A stretch of DNA of 64,000 bases from the IMG/VR virus record IMGVR_UViG_3300029704_000004; one strand, written 5' to 3'. The translations under genes and the position numbers were made by a program. Source of the DNA: a virus. How positions within the stretch are numbered: the first letter of the stretch is position 1; each line of letters starts with the position of its first letter. Shown one piece after another: positions 49,884 to 58,582 of this stretch. Below the pieces are notes generated by a model. That model worked only from the letters and a program-made list of their open reading frames with translations, was not told the DNA's origin and ran no database searches.

Positions 49884-50974
49884 CAAATTTGTTAATCTAC
49901 ATATTTCTATGTAGTTCAGACTATATCTTCATTGCGCACCATAATAGTTCTTTCTCTACCCTTACCACTAGTAATAACATTTCCAGCATCATCAAGATAA
50001 TGCCAAATATATCCTTTACCAGTCTTTTTAGAACCATTACAACAACCTAATAATGTGGATTTTGCAAGTCCACTAGCTTTACAAGCTTCATCGCTATTTT
50101 CATATTCAGCAATCTTATGACCATCATATCTATCAAATTGACCAATACGATTAAATTTAAGTTTCCTCATCTTTTCACGGAACTCTTTAGTTTTATGAGT
50201 TTCGTGAGATTGAGTAGCCCAAGCTAAACGTTGACTATCAGAATGATAAGTATCTTTAATCATAAGATTATATAGTTTAGACAAACCATAAGACTTTTGA
50301 TAATCTCTTTCTTTTTCAAATAGATTTTCATTAGTCTCTTCAAGTATGCTAACTTTGAATTTATCTATACCATATTTATTATAATCAGCTTGTAATCTTT
50401 TATTAGGATGATTACCTAGTCTAAGATTACTATAATGTTTTACTACACGTTTATAAATATCTTTAGAAGAACCAATATAATTTTGATTATTTATTTCACA
50501 AGTGATACAATAAATACCACTTTTATCTTTTAAATGAGTAAAATAACCATAATATACATTTTGATTACTTCTAACTTTACCATAACCGTTAAACCCATCA
50601 GGAGTAGCATTTTTATGTTTTCTACTTACCTTAATCTTAGACACATCAAATACTAACTTTAATTTCGACAAATCTTTCATAATCTTTATAATTTAAATTA
50701 TTAATAAAACACTGTGAAACAAAGGTAATATCTTTTGGGTAATAACACAATGCAAGGTGCTTCGATTTAAATAAATTTAAACCTACGTCTTACGACTAGT
50801 CGTTGAACCTTCTTCCTTATTAGGAAGCTCGGCTGCGGATTGTCCAATATTATCTTCTTTTACTATACTCTCAGTCTTTCTCTGAGACCAACATCTGCAT
50901 TACTGCGATGATTAGTGAGATAATCTCTAAGGAGTTCCCCGTCAATTCACCTTGTTTAATCACGACTTACATCA
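49884..50974 (-). mobile_element. group I intron carrying a GIY-YIG homing endonuclease gene
   Basis: 1091 nt separate the two polymerase halves. The last 8 exon nt AUCACGAU (50975..50982) pair with intron GUCGUGAU (50959..50966), giving a P1 helix with U-G at the splice site and an 8-nt loop. The intron ends in G. About 290 nt of stem-rich RNA precede the ORF, and the hairpin CTACAT/ATGTAG follows it. Confidence 0.7.
49916..50680 (-). CDS. GIY-YIG homing endonuclease (intron-encoded)
   Basis: GIYCITCEINNQNYIGSSKDIYKRVVKHYSNLRLGNH matches the GIY...YIG...R...H pattern. The C-terminal DNA-binding module ends in KGYIWHYLDD. Confidence 0.8.
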   Translation of the reverse strand: MKDLSKLKLVFDVSKIKVSRKHKNATPDGFNGYGKVRSNQNVYYGYFTHLKDKSGIYCITCEINNQNYIGSSKDIYKRVVKHYSNLRLGNHPNKRLQADYNKYGIDKFKVSILEETNENLFEKERDYQKSYGLSKLYNLMIKDTYHSDSQRLAWATQSHETHKTKEFREKMRKLKFNRIGQFDRYDGHKIAEYENSDEACKASGLAKSTLLGCCNGSKKTGKGYIWHYLDDAGNVITSGKGRERTIMVRNEDIV

Positions 50975-52183
50975 ATCGTGATGAACATAAACATATTTAT
51001 CAGTACTTTTAAGTATTACAGGCTTGTCTTGAGTATGAATACCACCAGTTGCTAGAGTATACGTTGTACCATAAAATTCTATTTCACGTACAAAACTATC
51101 TTTATTAGTTCTATATATAACAACTTTCTTCATTTCTTCAAGTAAATCTTGAAGTTGTTTAGTCTTAAACTTAATATGAGGAAATATTATTTTATTAAAA
51201 CTAAGAGCAGTTCTTTGTGTACGAAGATTTTTAAAAGCATCTTCATGCAAACCACTACGTTCAGCATAAAACTTATTTAATAGTTTATCTGCAATATTAC
51301 TTCTAGCACTACATAAGAAGTTTATTCTATAAGCGTGACCAAGACTATATCTAAGTATAACTTCATCAGGCTTTTGTCTTACCATTTCACAACAAAGAAA
51401 TACATCATTCTTATTATAATGTAACATAGGTTCAACATACTTAGGAAGAAGATACCTATTAAAATCAGCAGTAATCAAATGATTTAATTGTTCATTAGTC
51501 ATACCTCTATAAGCATCTCTTTTTCTATATATATCACCTTCTTCATCATCAATAGGAGGAAGTTTAAAATCAAGAAGATTATACCATTTAAGATTAATAC
51601 TAACTTGTTTTAAACTTTTACCATACTTCTTACGTTCACCAGTGTCTTTATCTATATTCACTCCAGCAGAATTAAGAGCAAATATCTTAAACAAATCTAC
51701 AGTTACATAATGAACTCTATACTTACGAATAAGATTTAACAGTTTATCTTGCCATAAAGCATCTTTATCATCTTGTAATGATATAATTTTATCATTCACT
51801 TCTTTAAGAAATGAACAAAGTTGTTTTGTATTATCAAAACGATTCCAATACATTAGAAATGCTTTAATCAATATATCATCATATCCTTGATTGTTATAAC
51901 CATATAAATCATATCTGTCAACAGAACCATCTTCATGTTCTACAGGTCTCATTTTTTCAAAGAAATCTATAATACTCAACATTTGAGAATCATCTGTATC
52001 ACTAACATAAAATATCCAGCTTTTTACACTATCAAGTCTAGATGTTATTTCTTCAACTGTTAAACTATCAGTAAGAGCACCTTTACAATCTGCAAATTTA
52101 TCAAGATAATCTTTTAAATCTACAAAAGTAAACGAAATCATATTCTCAAAGACTTCCAAGTCCACACATAAACTATGTATCAT
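50975..52183 (-). CDS. family B DNA polymerase, exon 1 (3'-5' exonuclease domain, start of motif A)
   Basis: Exo I VDLEVF, Exo II YNNQGYDDILI and Exo III HYNKNDVFL. Ends ...VYVHHD, and this Asp is the motif A aspartate. Confidence 0.75.
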
Positions 52184-52742
52184 TTAATATATTAACTATT
52201 TCCATTCCATTATAATTATTATCTTTATTAGCACTAATCCATTTAATTAGACGATTACAAAATTCTTTGTATTTACTATCATCTATGAATTTAATAAAAG
52301 GAGAGTAATTTGTACTATAAACAAAAGGAGCAACATGATATAGTTTATCTTTACCTTTAGTAATATCAAAACCAAAATCAGTAGCAGCTCTACCGAGAAC
52401 CATTATCTTTTTAATATTATTTATTCTTATATCAGCAAATGTATGTAGCATACATCTACGAACTATACTTTCGTTTATAGGACATTTATCATCAAGCTTA
52501 CAACGAATAAGTGGAACAATAAAGGGGACTAGTTGCTCTAGCCCCCCCGTAAAAGGTGTAATAACCTCATTTATTATCTCAACATACTTACTAAATGTCA
52601 TTCCTCTATTCTTATAAGCATTGTAATCAACATTTGGTACAACAATAATCATACCAGACATTGGATTACCAACACCACTAAGACATTTACACTTAGTATT
52701 AAACATACCTAAAGGACAACCTTCACATACTTTAGGAATCAT
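52173..52742 (-). CDS. uracil-DNA glycosylase superfamily (family 4-like) protein with divergent active-site motif
   Basis: CEGCPL ... GVGNPMSGMIIVVPNVD parallels family 4 UDG (CxxCxL ... GxGNPxaxlmiVGEAPG), but GEAPG is replaced by VPNVD. Overlaps the polymerase start by 11 nt. Confidence 0.45.
   Translation of the reverse strand: MIPKVCEGCPLGMFNTKCKCLSGVGNPMSGMIIVVPNVDYNAYKNRGMTFSKYVEIINEVITPFTGGLEQLVPFIVPLIRCKLDDKCPINESIVRRCMLHTFADIRINNIKKIMVLGRAATDFGFDITKGKDKLYHVAPFVYSTNYSPFIKFIDDSKYKEFCNRLIKWISANKDNNYNGMEIVNILNDT
52536..52560 (-). repeat. GC-rich dispersed word, reverse copy 14
   Basis: CTCTAGCCCCCCCGTAAAAGGTGTA; in the sense of the UDG-like CDS it is read as TPFTGGLE. Confidence 0.85.
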
Positions 52743-52787
52743 AATTACTTAGTATCTAAAATTAATCACTTTTTCATAATTAATTAA

Positions 52788-53180
52788 TTAATCTTTACTA
52801 GGTTCAACATAATCTTCTACTTTCTCATAATGCCCAACAGCATAATTATCATGTATAGAAGCAATAAACATGAATATATTATCACGTTTGCCCCAAGTTT
52901 TATCTAGTTTACGTTTGTAACCATAAACAATAACTGTACCATCAACGCTAGCTTCAAGTTTAGCAACTTTATAATACTGACGTTTAACACCCCAAGCATT
53001 ATTAGATTCAGTTACATAAACATCACCAACTTTAATAGGACAATTAACAAGAATATCAGCAGTTGCTGCTTCGTTAAGAGCATTCATACGATTCTGATAA
53101 TCTTTCTTTATTTCATCTTCTTTATTAATGTAACATTGTACACGTTCTTTAAAAGAAGGAATATTACTTGTATTACACAT
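52788..53180 (-). CDS. hypothetical protein, member of a KDYxNR...P(I/L)KVGD paralogue family
   Basis: EIKKDYQNRMNAL ... CPIKVGDVYV resembles ORFs 55911..56219 and 53300..53617. Confidence 0.5.
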   Translation of the reverse strand: MCNTSNIPSFKERVQCYINKEDEIKKDYQNRMNALNEAATADILVNCPIKVGDVYVTESNNAWGVKRQYYKVAKLEASVDGTVIVYGYKRKLDKTWGKRDNIFMFIASIHDNYAVGHYEKVEDYVEPSKD

Positions 53181-53210
53181 AGTTTATTTAATATTTTAAA
53201 TTCTAATTTA

Positions 53211-53233
53211 CATACCTTTTACGGGGCGGCTTT
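53211..53233 (+). repeat. GC-rich dispersed word, forward copy 15 (intergenic)
   Basis: CATACCTTTTACGGGGCGGCTTT; followed by the perfect palindrome ATGATTAATCAT and a partner CATAAAG. Confidence 0.9.
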
Positions 53234-53299
53234 ATGATTAATCATGCCACACCCATAAAGGGCTTAAATCACAAATAAATACGCATTATGCGAATTTCG

Positions 53300-53617
53300 C
53301 TAGCGTACACGTAGAGTAATTGACCATTCTGCCAGGTCGAAATCGAAAGGTGTGTTAACATTCTCAGGTATTATAGTTATAAGTTTATGAACTTCATTAT
53401 CAGCTTTAATAACTGCTTTAGCACCAACTACAACACCATAAAGTTTATTAATTCTACCTTTATTCTCAAGCTTTACAGAATCATTAACTTCAAGGTTAGA
53501 ATTTCTAAGAACTACATCAGCTATTACATTTTCGTAATATTTAATTTGTTCTTTACAATCTTCTATTCCTTTAAGAAATTTTCTATAATCTAAAGGATTT
53601 AAATTAACTTCATCCAT
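53300..53617 (-). CDS. hypothetical protein (same paralogue family, divergent)
   Basis: 105-aa ORF with QIKYYENVIADV ... LEVNDSVKL. Overlaps the helicase gene by 8 nt. Confidence 0.5.
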   Translation of the reverse strand: MDEVNLNPLDYRKFLKGIEDCKEQIKYYENVIADVVLRNSNLEVNDSVKLENKGRINKLYGVVVGAKAVIKADNEVHKLITIIPENVNTPFDFDLAEWSITLRVR

Positions 53618-55088
53618 ATCTTAAAATTACTTTTTCTTTAGCTCTACTGACTGCAACATAAAGTCGTCGATTAATATCTTTTGCATTATTGTAAGGATGA
53701 CCGTTTTTATCGTATACAATATCATTAATATCAATCATACTAACATTATATGTTGACCCTTGTGATTTGTGGCTCGTTAACGAGAAACCATAATCTAAAT
53801 TACGATAATGAAGTACTGTTCCATCAGCTTTTGCTATATTGATTAGTATCAAACAACTTTCACGAAATTCAAAGTACTTCTTCCATTTAGCAGCACGTTG
53901 TTGTTTAGGTGCATTTTTAGCTTGTTCTATTAAGTCATTACATAGCTGACAATATTTCTTAATAGAATATCTATCTCTATGGTCTAGAACAAACAAAGGA
54001 GAAGTAACTTGTCCACCATGAACAGCTTGAAACTTAACCATAAAACCCTTAATATCGTACTTAGGATGAGTATAATTAGCAATATCTCTTACAATATAAT
54101 CTTCACTATTTCTTATAATAGTCTCTTTAAATTCATTTACAAGAGTTATATAAGAAGTAATTAAATCATTTTTTGTAATAACAGATTTTTCACTATCTTT
54201 AATTATAGCTTCTCTAATAAACTTATTCCAAGCAGAAACAGCTATATTAGTATAAGCTATAACTTTGACATAATCTGTATTTTTAGTTATTGCTTCATCA
54301 CTGAACTGAAGTTCAACTTGATGTTGAAATTCAGCACTATTACAAACCATAAAACCTTTAGTCGTTGTAGAATCAAATTCACTTTTATGTGTACTTATAT
54401 AATTAAGAAACGTAAAAGTATTATGTTCTACATCGTTTCTAAGCATGCTACAAATTTTTCTTATAGGATTATCTTCATCTTGTCTTACAATTTGAGTTAA
54501 TCTATAAGTTGTAACATTCTTAAAAGCAGAAGGTTCAAGTTCATTTACAGGAGGCACTTGGTCTACGTCACCAAGTAGTAGAAGTTTACAACAATTATTA
54601 ACCAATGCTTTACACATATAATTAAATAAATCTTTATTTATCATAGAAGCTTCATCAACTACATAAAGATTATAATCTTCAACTTTTATTCTACCTTGAC
54701 GACTGAATTGAATATCTCGTTCGTTGAATTTGTCAATATTATAATCAGGTCTCATTCCATAGTCTGATTGAATAGTATTAACATTAACTGGTAATCCTGC
54801 AAGAGAATCACGTATTACTCTACAAGCTTTATGACTTGGAGCACTTACACCAATTTGTGAAAAACTAATATTACAATTCTTTAAAATAGTTTTTAAAAGG
54901 AATGTTTTTCCAACACCACCTGCACCAACTAGAGCACGCTTAAAATCATTACGATTAAAGGGCTTATTAATAAATTCAATAAGCCCTTGATAAGCTTTTT
55001 GCTGGTCTTTTGTAAGACCAGCAATTTCAGCTCTATTTTTATCAGTCCTATTCAAAGGACCTCCAACTAATGTATCTTCATTGTGCAT
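53610..55088 (-). CDS. SF1B DNA helicase (Dda/RecD/Pif1-like)
   Basis: Walker A GAGGVGKT, Walker B VVDEASMI, motif III LLLGDVDQVPPV, motif V TSHKSQGSTY and motif VI LYVAVSRAK. Confidence 0.9.
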   Translation of the reverse strand: MHNEDTLVGGPLNRTDKNRAEIAGLTKDQQKAYQGLIEFINKPFNRNDFKRALVGAGGVGKTFLLKTILKNCNISFSQIGVSAPSHKACRVIRDSLAGLPVNVNTIQSDYGMRPDYNIDKFNERDIQFSRQGRIKVEDYNLYVVDEASMINKDLFNYMCKALVNNCCKLLLLGDVDQVPPVNELEPSAFKNVTTYRLTQIVRQDEDNPIRKICSMLRNDVEHNTFTFLNYISTHKSEFDSTTTKGFMVCNSAEFQHQVELQFSDEAITKNTDYVKVIAYTNIAVSAWNKFIREAIIKDSEKSVITKNDLITSYITLVNEFKETIIRNSEDYIVRDIANYTHPKYDIKGFMVKFQAVHGGQVTSPLFVLDHRDRYSIKKYCQLCNDLIEQAKNAPKQQRAAKWKKYFEFRESCLILINIAKADGTVLHYRNLDYGFSLTSHKSQGSTYNVSMIDINDIVYDKNGHPYNNAKDINRRLYVAVSRAKEKVILRYG

Positions 55089-55589
55089 TTATTCATCCTC
55101 ATTATCTTGTTTTAAATTATAATATAAATTATGTGATTTCAAAGAACGAAAATCAGCATATAATACTCCTACACGTCGAACAATTCTAACAATTATAGTC
55201 CAGTTCCTACAAAATGGAACATATTGTTCTTTATTTAGTTTCTTAAATAATCTATCAGTTTCGTTTCTTATCAAACATGTATATTTACCATTATCTTGAC
55301 CACATATAGTAAACACTCTATCAGCTTCATGTAAATCAAATGATTCAGGAGTAAACTCTAAAGTTATATCATTAGTTCCTATATCAGTTATATCTACACC
55401 ACTTTTAAGTTTATGTTTATATACAAAATTAGGAATAACAACATAAAACTTTCCGTTATCATACCGACATTTAGTTTCTATACGTTTAGTCAAGACTTTA
55501 TCTTGTTTAAGAGCAGGTGCTCTAGTCTTATGTTTAACCTTAATCTTAAAATTAAGGTTAACTTTTAATTTACTAAAATCTGTAACCAT
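55089..55589 (-). CDS. hypothetical protein whose N-terminus resembles that of the intron endonuclease
   Basis: DFSKLKVNLNFKIKVKHKTRAP versus the endonuclease's DLSKLKLVFDVSKIKVSRKHKNATP. No GIY-YIG motif in the rest. Confidence 0.5.
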   Translation of the reverse strand: MVTDFSKLKVNLNFKIKVKHKTRAPALKQDKVLTKRIETKCRYDNGKFYVVIPNFVYKHKLKSGVDITDIGTNDITLEFTPESFDLHEADRVFTICGQDNGKYTCLIRNETDRLFKKLNKEQYVPFCRNWTIIVRIVRRVGVLYADFRSLKSHNLYYNLKQDNEDE

Positions 55590-55858
55590 TACTTTTTCTT
55601 ATTAGAAAGTTTATGTTCCTTCTTGATTTTCTTAGCCTCTCTAGCACTTACACCAGCATCTTCAAATTTAAGATTAGAAGCTTTAACAGTTCTACTGTGA
55701 TTAAGAATATAACCACAATAATGAACTAGAAAATCAATTCTACCCCACATGTGAATACCAATTACAGCATTTGTTGGAACAATGATATGATTACCATTGA
55801 TTTCAGCAATACGTGATACACACTTTAAATCCTTTCTTTCATCATGTTTCTTTGCCAT
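55589..55858 (-). CDS. hypothetical protein with basic C-terminus
   Basis: 89-aa ORF with a 1-nt overlap with the downstream gene. Confidence 0.5.
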   Translation of the reverse strand: MAKKHDERKDLKCVSRIAEINGNHIIVPTNAVIGIHMWGRIDFLVHYCGYILNHSRTVKASNLKFEDAGVSAREAKKIKKEHKLSNKKK

Positions 55859-55910
55859 TTTACAAAAAGTTTAATTAATTAATACTATTATTATTTCATC
55901 AATAAGATGA

Positions 55911-56219
55911 TTATATTTTCTTTATATTAGTAAGAGATGCGAAATATTTTAAGTCTTTATTTTCATCAAGTTCAATTTTTATCATAGGAATATACTTATA
56001 ATAACGAAAATATTTGCAAGGTTCATCATGAAGACTTACAATAGTTCCTACTTTACCATTAACAACCATAACTCTATCTCCTACTTTAAGAGGAATATTG
56101 TTATCTTTAAAGAACTTATTAGTTAAATTCTTAATTCTATTATTATAATCTTTTCGAGCAGTATCTGCTTCTTTAATAAAATAAGAAACAGTTTCTTCTT
56201 TAATATCTTTTATTTCCAT
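55911..56219 (-). CDS. hypothetical protein (KDYxNR...PLKVGD paralogue family)
   Basis: ARKDYNNRIKNL ... IPLKVGDRVMVVNGKVGTIVSL, an SH3/KOW-like beta segment. Confidence 0.5.
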   Translation of the reverse strand: MEIKDIKEETVSYFIKEADTARKDYNNRIKNLTNKFFKDNNIPLKVGDRVMVVNGKVGTIVSLHDEPCKYFRYYKYIPMIKIELDENKDLKYFASLTNIKKI

Positions 56220-56307
56220 AATTATTATACTTTAATTATTAATATTAGAAGTTCTGCTTGGTTTCGCACCATAAGCCGTATTACTACACTTAGCAGAACT
56301 TAATTAT

Positions 56308-56337
56308 TCTAGCCTCCCCGTAGAGAAGTTAGCATAC
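56308..56337 (-). repeat. GC-rich dispersed word, reverse copy 16 (variant)
   Basis: TCTAGCCTCCCCGTAGAGAAGTTAGCATAC; encodes the last residues (LTSLRGG-stop) of CDS 56309..56650. Confidence 0.7.
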
Positions 56338-56650
56338 AATCATTTTCCTTTTCTAACTTATCACATACATTAAGTATGAAATTAATACCAGCATGTCTAA
56401 CAGCAATTATATCTTTAATTACAGTAGTCATATCATGCTGAGTTAATTTCATAAGAAAATATATAGTTCTAAAACCTCTACGAGTATTAAGAGGAAAGTT
56501 ATAAGGAATAATATAACCTTTACATTTTGAAGAATGTTTGTAAAAGTCTTTCTTATCAACATAACCATTACATTGTACAACTTCTCCAAAATCAGGCACA
56601 CAACAATGTCTTGTATCAAACTGATAAAGACAACTATTACATAGTATCAT
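56309..56650 (-). CDS. Cys-rich (zinc-binding?) small protein
   Basis: MILCNSCLYQFDTRHCCVPDFGEVVQCNG... is a Cys/His cluster. Confidence 0.5.
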   Translation of the reverse strand: MILCNSCLYQFDTRHCCVPDFGEVVQCNGYVDKKDFYKHSSKCKGYIIPYNFPLNTRRGFRTIYFLMKLTQHDMTTVIKDIIAVRHAGINFILNVCDKLEKENDCMLTSLRGG

Positions 56651-56823
56651 AGTCTACCCTTTCTTCTTCTAATAGCTTTAGCTCTACGTTCTCTACGTTG
56701 AGTTTTACCATCAGGAACACTACTACTACAAATTAAACCTGGATGTTCATCAGCTTTAACTATTATACGTTGTGTATTATAATAGTTTCTAACATTACCT
56801 ACATATAAATCTTCGTCGCCCAT
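56647..56823 (-). CDS. small basic protein (58 aa), not in the ORF track
   Basis: ATG at 56823 gives MGDEDLYVGNVRNYYNTQRIIVKADEHPGLICSSSVPDGKTQRRERRAKAIRRRKGRL. ATGA overlap with the next gene; fills an otherwise empty gap. Confidence 0.45.
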   Translation of the reverse strand: MGDEDLYVGNVRNYYNTQRIIVKADEHPGLICSSSVPDGKTQRRERRAKAIRRRKGRL

Positions 56824-56827
56824 AATT

Positions 56828-56995
56828 TTATACTTTAAAATCTCTTTCTATTTTAACATTACTATTATGATGAAGACTAGCAAAACGTAAATGACGTTGA
56901 ATAGCAGTTTTAATACCAAGTCTTATAGTCATTTCATTATACTTATCATCTTCATCATCAACTTTAACAGTTATATTATATTTATACAAACTCAT
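56828..56995 (-). CDS. small protein (55 aa), not in the ORF track
   Basis: ATG at 56995 in ATGA overlap with the upstream stop gives MSLYKYNITVKVDDEDDKYNEMTIRLGIKTAIQRHLRFASLHHNSNVKIERDFKV. Confidence 0.45.
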   Translation of the reverse strand: MSLYKYNITVKVDDEDDKYNEMTIRLGIKTAIQRHLRFASLHHNSNVKIERDFKV

Positions 56996-57783
56996 ACTTT
57001 AAATATATTATCGAGAATGTCTCTAAAATTAGGATTATCTATTACATACTGTACATCAGCTTCATTTTTAAACATAATATTACCAAAATACATATCTGTA
57101 TCAGAATTAATATGAACAATTTGATAACTATCATCTGTTGTTTTAGTTTTATCATAAGCTATCATATAACCACATTCATTACTATTAGCGTTATAATTCC
57201 AATCACCATTAAAGTATCTAGCAATATTCATAAGATTAGCTAAAGAAACTATTTTCTTATGACTTGATGTATTTATAGCAATAGATGGAATAACATATTC
57301 ACAAGCAACAATAGGTTTTAATTTATACATTTCTTCTATTGTTAACCATTTACGTTTAAAACGAATAATACCTTTATCTAAATCGCTATTATCTTTATCA
57401 ATTACATAACCATTAGGTAAATCAAATTCTACAGATTTTAATTTACTAGGATTATCATCTCTAAATAAAGGTTCAATCTTGTAATACTTATCTTTAGAAT
57501 TATCTTTAGAATCATCTTTAGGAATTTCTACAAATACTACAGACTTTTTGTCAAGTCTTCTAAGACTTGAACATTCACCAAAGATATTAATTCTTTTATA
57601 TCTAGATAAAGCATCATCATTTCTATCACCAGCAGATATATTACTACTAGAACAAATAGTAGCAAGAGAACAATCACAACAAGAGTTACTTTCTCTTACT
57701 TCATATAATTTGTTCATATACTCAATCTTAGTATCAATATCAAATGCTTTACCTCTTTCACTGTTACTTCTATTCGATGGCAT
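56992..57783 (-). CDS. hypothetical protein
   Basis: 263-aa ORF with an N-terminal Cys cluster (SNSCCDCSLATICSS). Confidence 0.55.
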   Translation of the reverse strand: MPSNRSNSERGKAFDIDTKIEYMNKLYEVRESNSCCDCSLATICSSSNISAGDRNDDALSRYKRINIFGECSSLRRLDKKSVVFVEIPKDDSKDNSKDKYYKIEPLFRDDNPSKLKSVEFDLPNGYVIDKDNSDLDKGIIRFKRKWLTIEEMYKLKPIVACEYVIPSIAINTSSHKKIVSLANLMNIARYFNGDWNYNANSNECGYMIAYDKTKTTDDSYQIVHINSDTDMYFGNIMFKNEADVQYVIDNPNFRDILDNIFKV

Positions 57784-58012
57784 AATTAATTCTTATTTTA
57801 AATGGTTTATTAATACCGTCATAAGAAACAATTGTATGATATATTATATCATGTTTCTTATGTTTAAATTTATTATATAGAATTTCAGCTATAGCACTTA
57901 TAGTAAAATAATCAATAGCGTTAGTATTAAAACTAGCTTTAATTTCATTACGTAAAAGTATTATAGCTTCAGTGTCTTTATTCCTAAGTTGAGATTGAGT
58001 TACAATTATCAT
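57770..58012 (-). CDS. hypothetical protein
   Basis: The listed start 58036 is a TTG, so the first ATG at 58012 is preferred. Confidence 0.45.
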   Translation of the reverse strand: MIIVTQSQLRNKDTEAIILLRNEIKASFNTNAIDYFTISAIAEILYNKFKHKKHDIIYHTIVSYDGINKPFKIRINYAIE

Positions 58013-58125
58013 TTTATTTAATATTTTATTTTGCAATATGAAGCCCTCAAATTAATTTGCCAATAAATTTATCAGCTAAATTAATTGAGAGCTGTAAAAC
58101 CTAGGAAAATACGCAAAAATCGAAT

Positions 58126-58260
58126 TTACTCATAAATACCGGACTGCTCAAGCATAATTGCCTGGTCAGCCTGCATATCAGAGTAAATATCATCAAGTAC
58201 ATCATCACTAAGAATAATAGTACTTGGAGTATCAGGAACTTTAGTTCTATCTTTATTCAT
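58126..58260 (-). CDS. small acidic protein (44 aa), not in the ORF track
   Basis: MNKDRTKVPDTPSTIILSDDVLDDIYSDMQADQAIMLEQSGIYE. Its ATG lies 2 nt after the upstream stop. Confidence 0.4.
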   Translation of the reverse strand: MNKDRTKVPDTPSTIILSDDVLDDIYSDMQADQAIMLEQSGIYE

Positions 58261-58262
58261 AG

Positions 58263-58433
58263 TTAACTTGCTTTTTCAAGATGAACACTAGCACAATCAA
58301 ATTGTACTTTAGTACCCAATTTACCTTTAAGACAAAGGTCTTTTACAGCACATTGAGTACACTTAACACCATTATCTATAATATTATATATGTCACCGGC
58401 AATTACAATACCAGTTATAGTATTTTCATTCAT
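58263..58433 (-). CDS. small Cys-containing protein (56 aa), not in the ORF track
   Basis: MNENTITGIVIAGDIYNIIDNGVKCTQCAVKDLCLKGKLGTKVQFDCASVHLEKAS. Confidence 0.4.
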   Translation of the reverse strand: MNENTITGIVIAGDIYNIIDNGVKCTQCAVKDLCLKGKLGTKVQFDCASVHLEKAS

Positions 58434-58582
58434 AATTATAAGTATTAAATATTAAAAAACCACTACTACTTTCACAAGTAATAGTGGTTGGGAATCCATT
58501 AAAATCAAAAATATGGAAAAATAACTTATACACTTATAAGTTCTTCTTTTAGTGAAATATCTACTACATAACCATAGCAATA

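Noticed and set aside
50931-50948. GGAGTTCCCCGTCAATTC here and CTCCTTGACGGGGGAG at 63135..63148 as additional copies of the dispersed word.
   Set aside because: Only the CCCCGT/ACGGGG core matches, and the flanks differ (TCAA instead of TAAAAGG). I left them out of the count of 17.
5071-56337. The near-alternating forward/reverse motif copies as boundaries of invertible or transposable 2-4 kb segments.
   Set aside because: Several pairs lie inside single essential ORFs, for example 20784/24327 in the RNAP gene. Inversion or excision would destroy those genes. No recombinase or transposase gene was seen.
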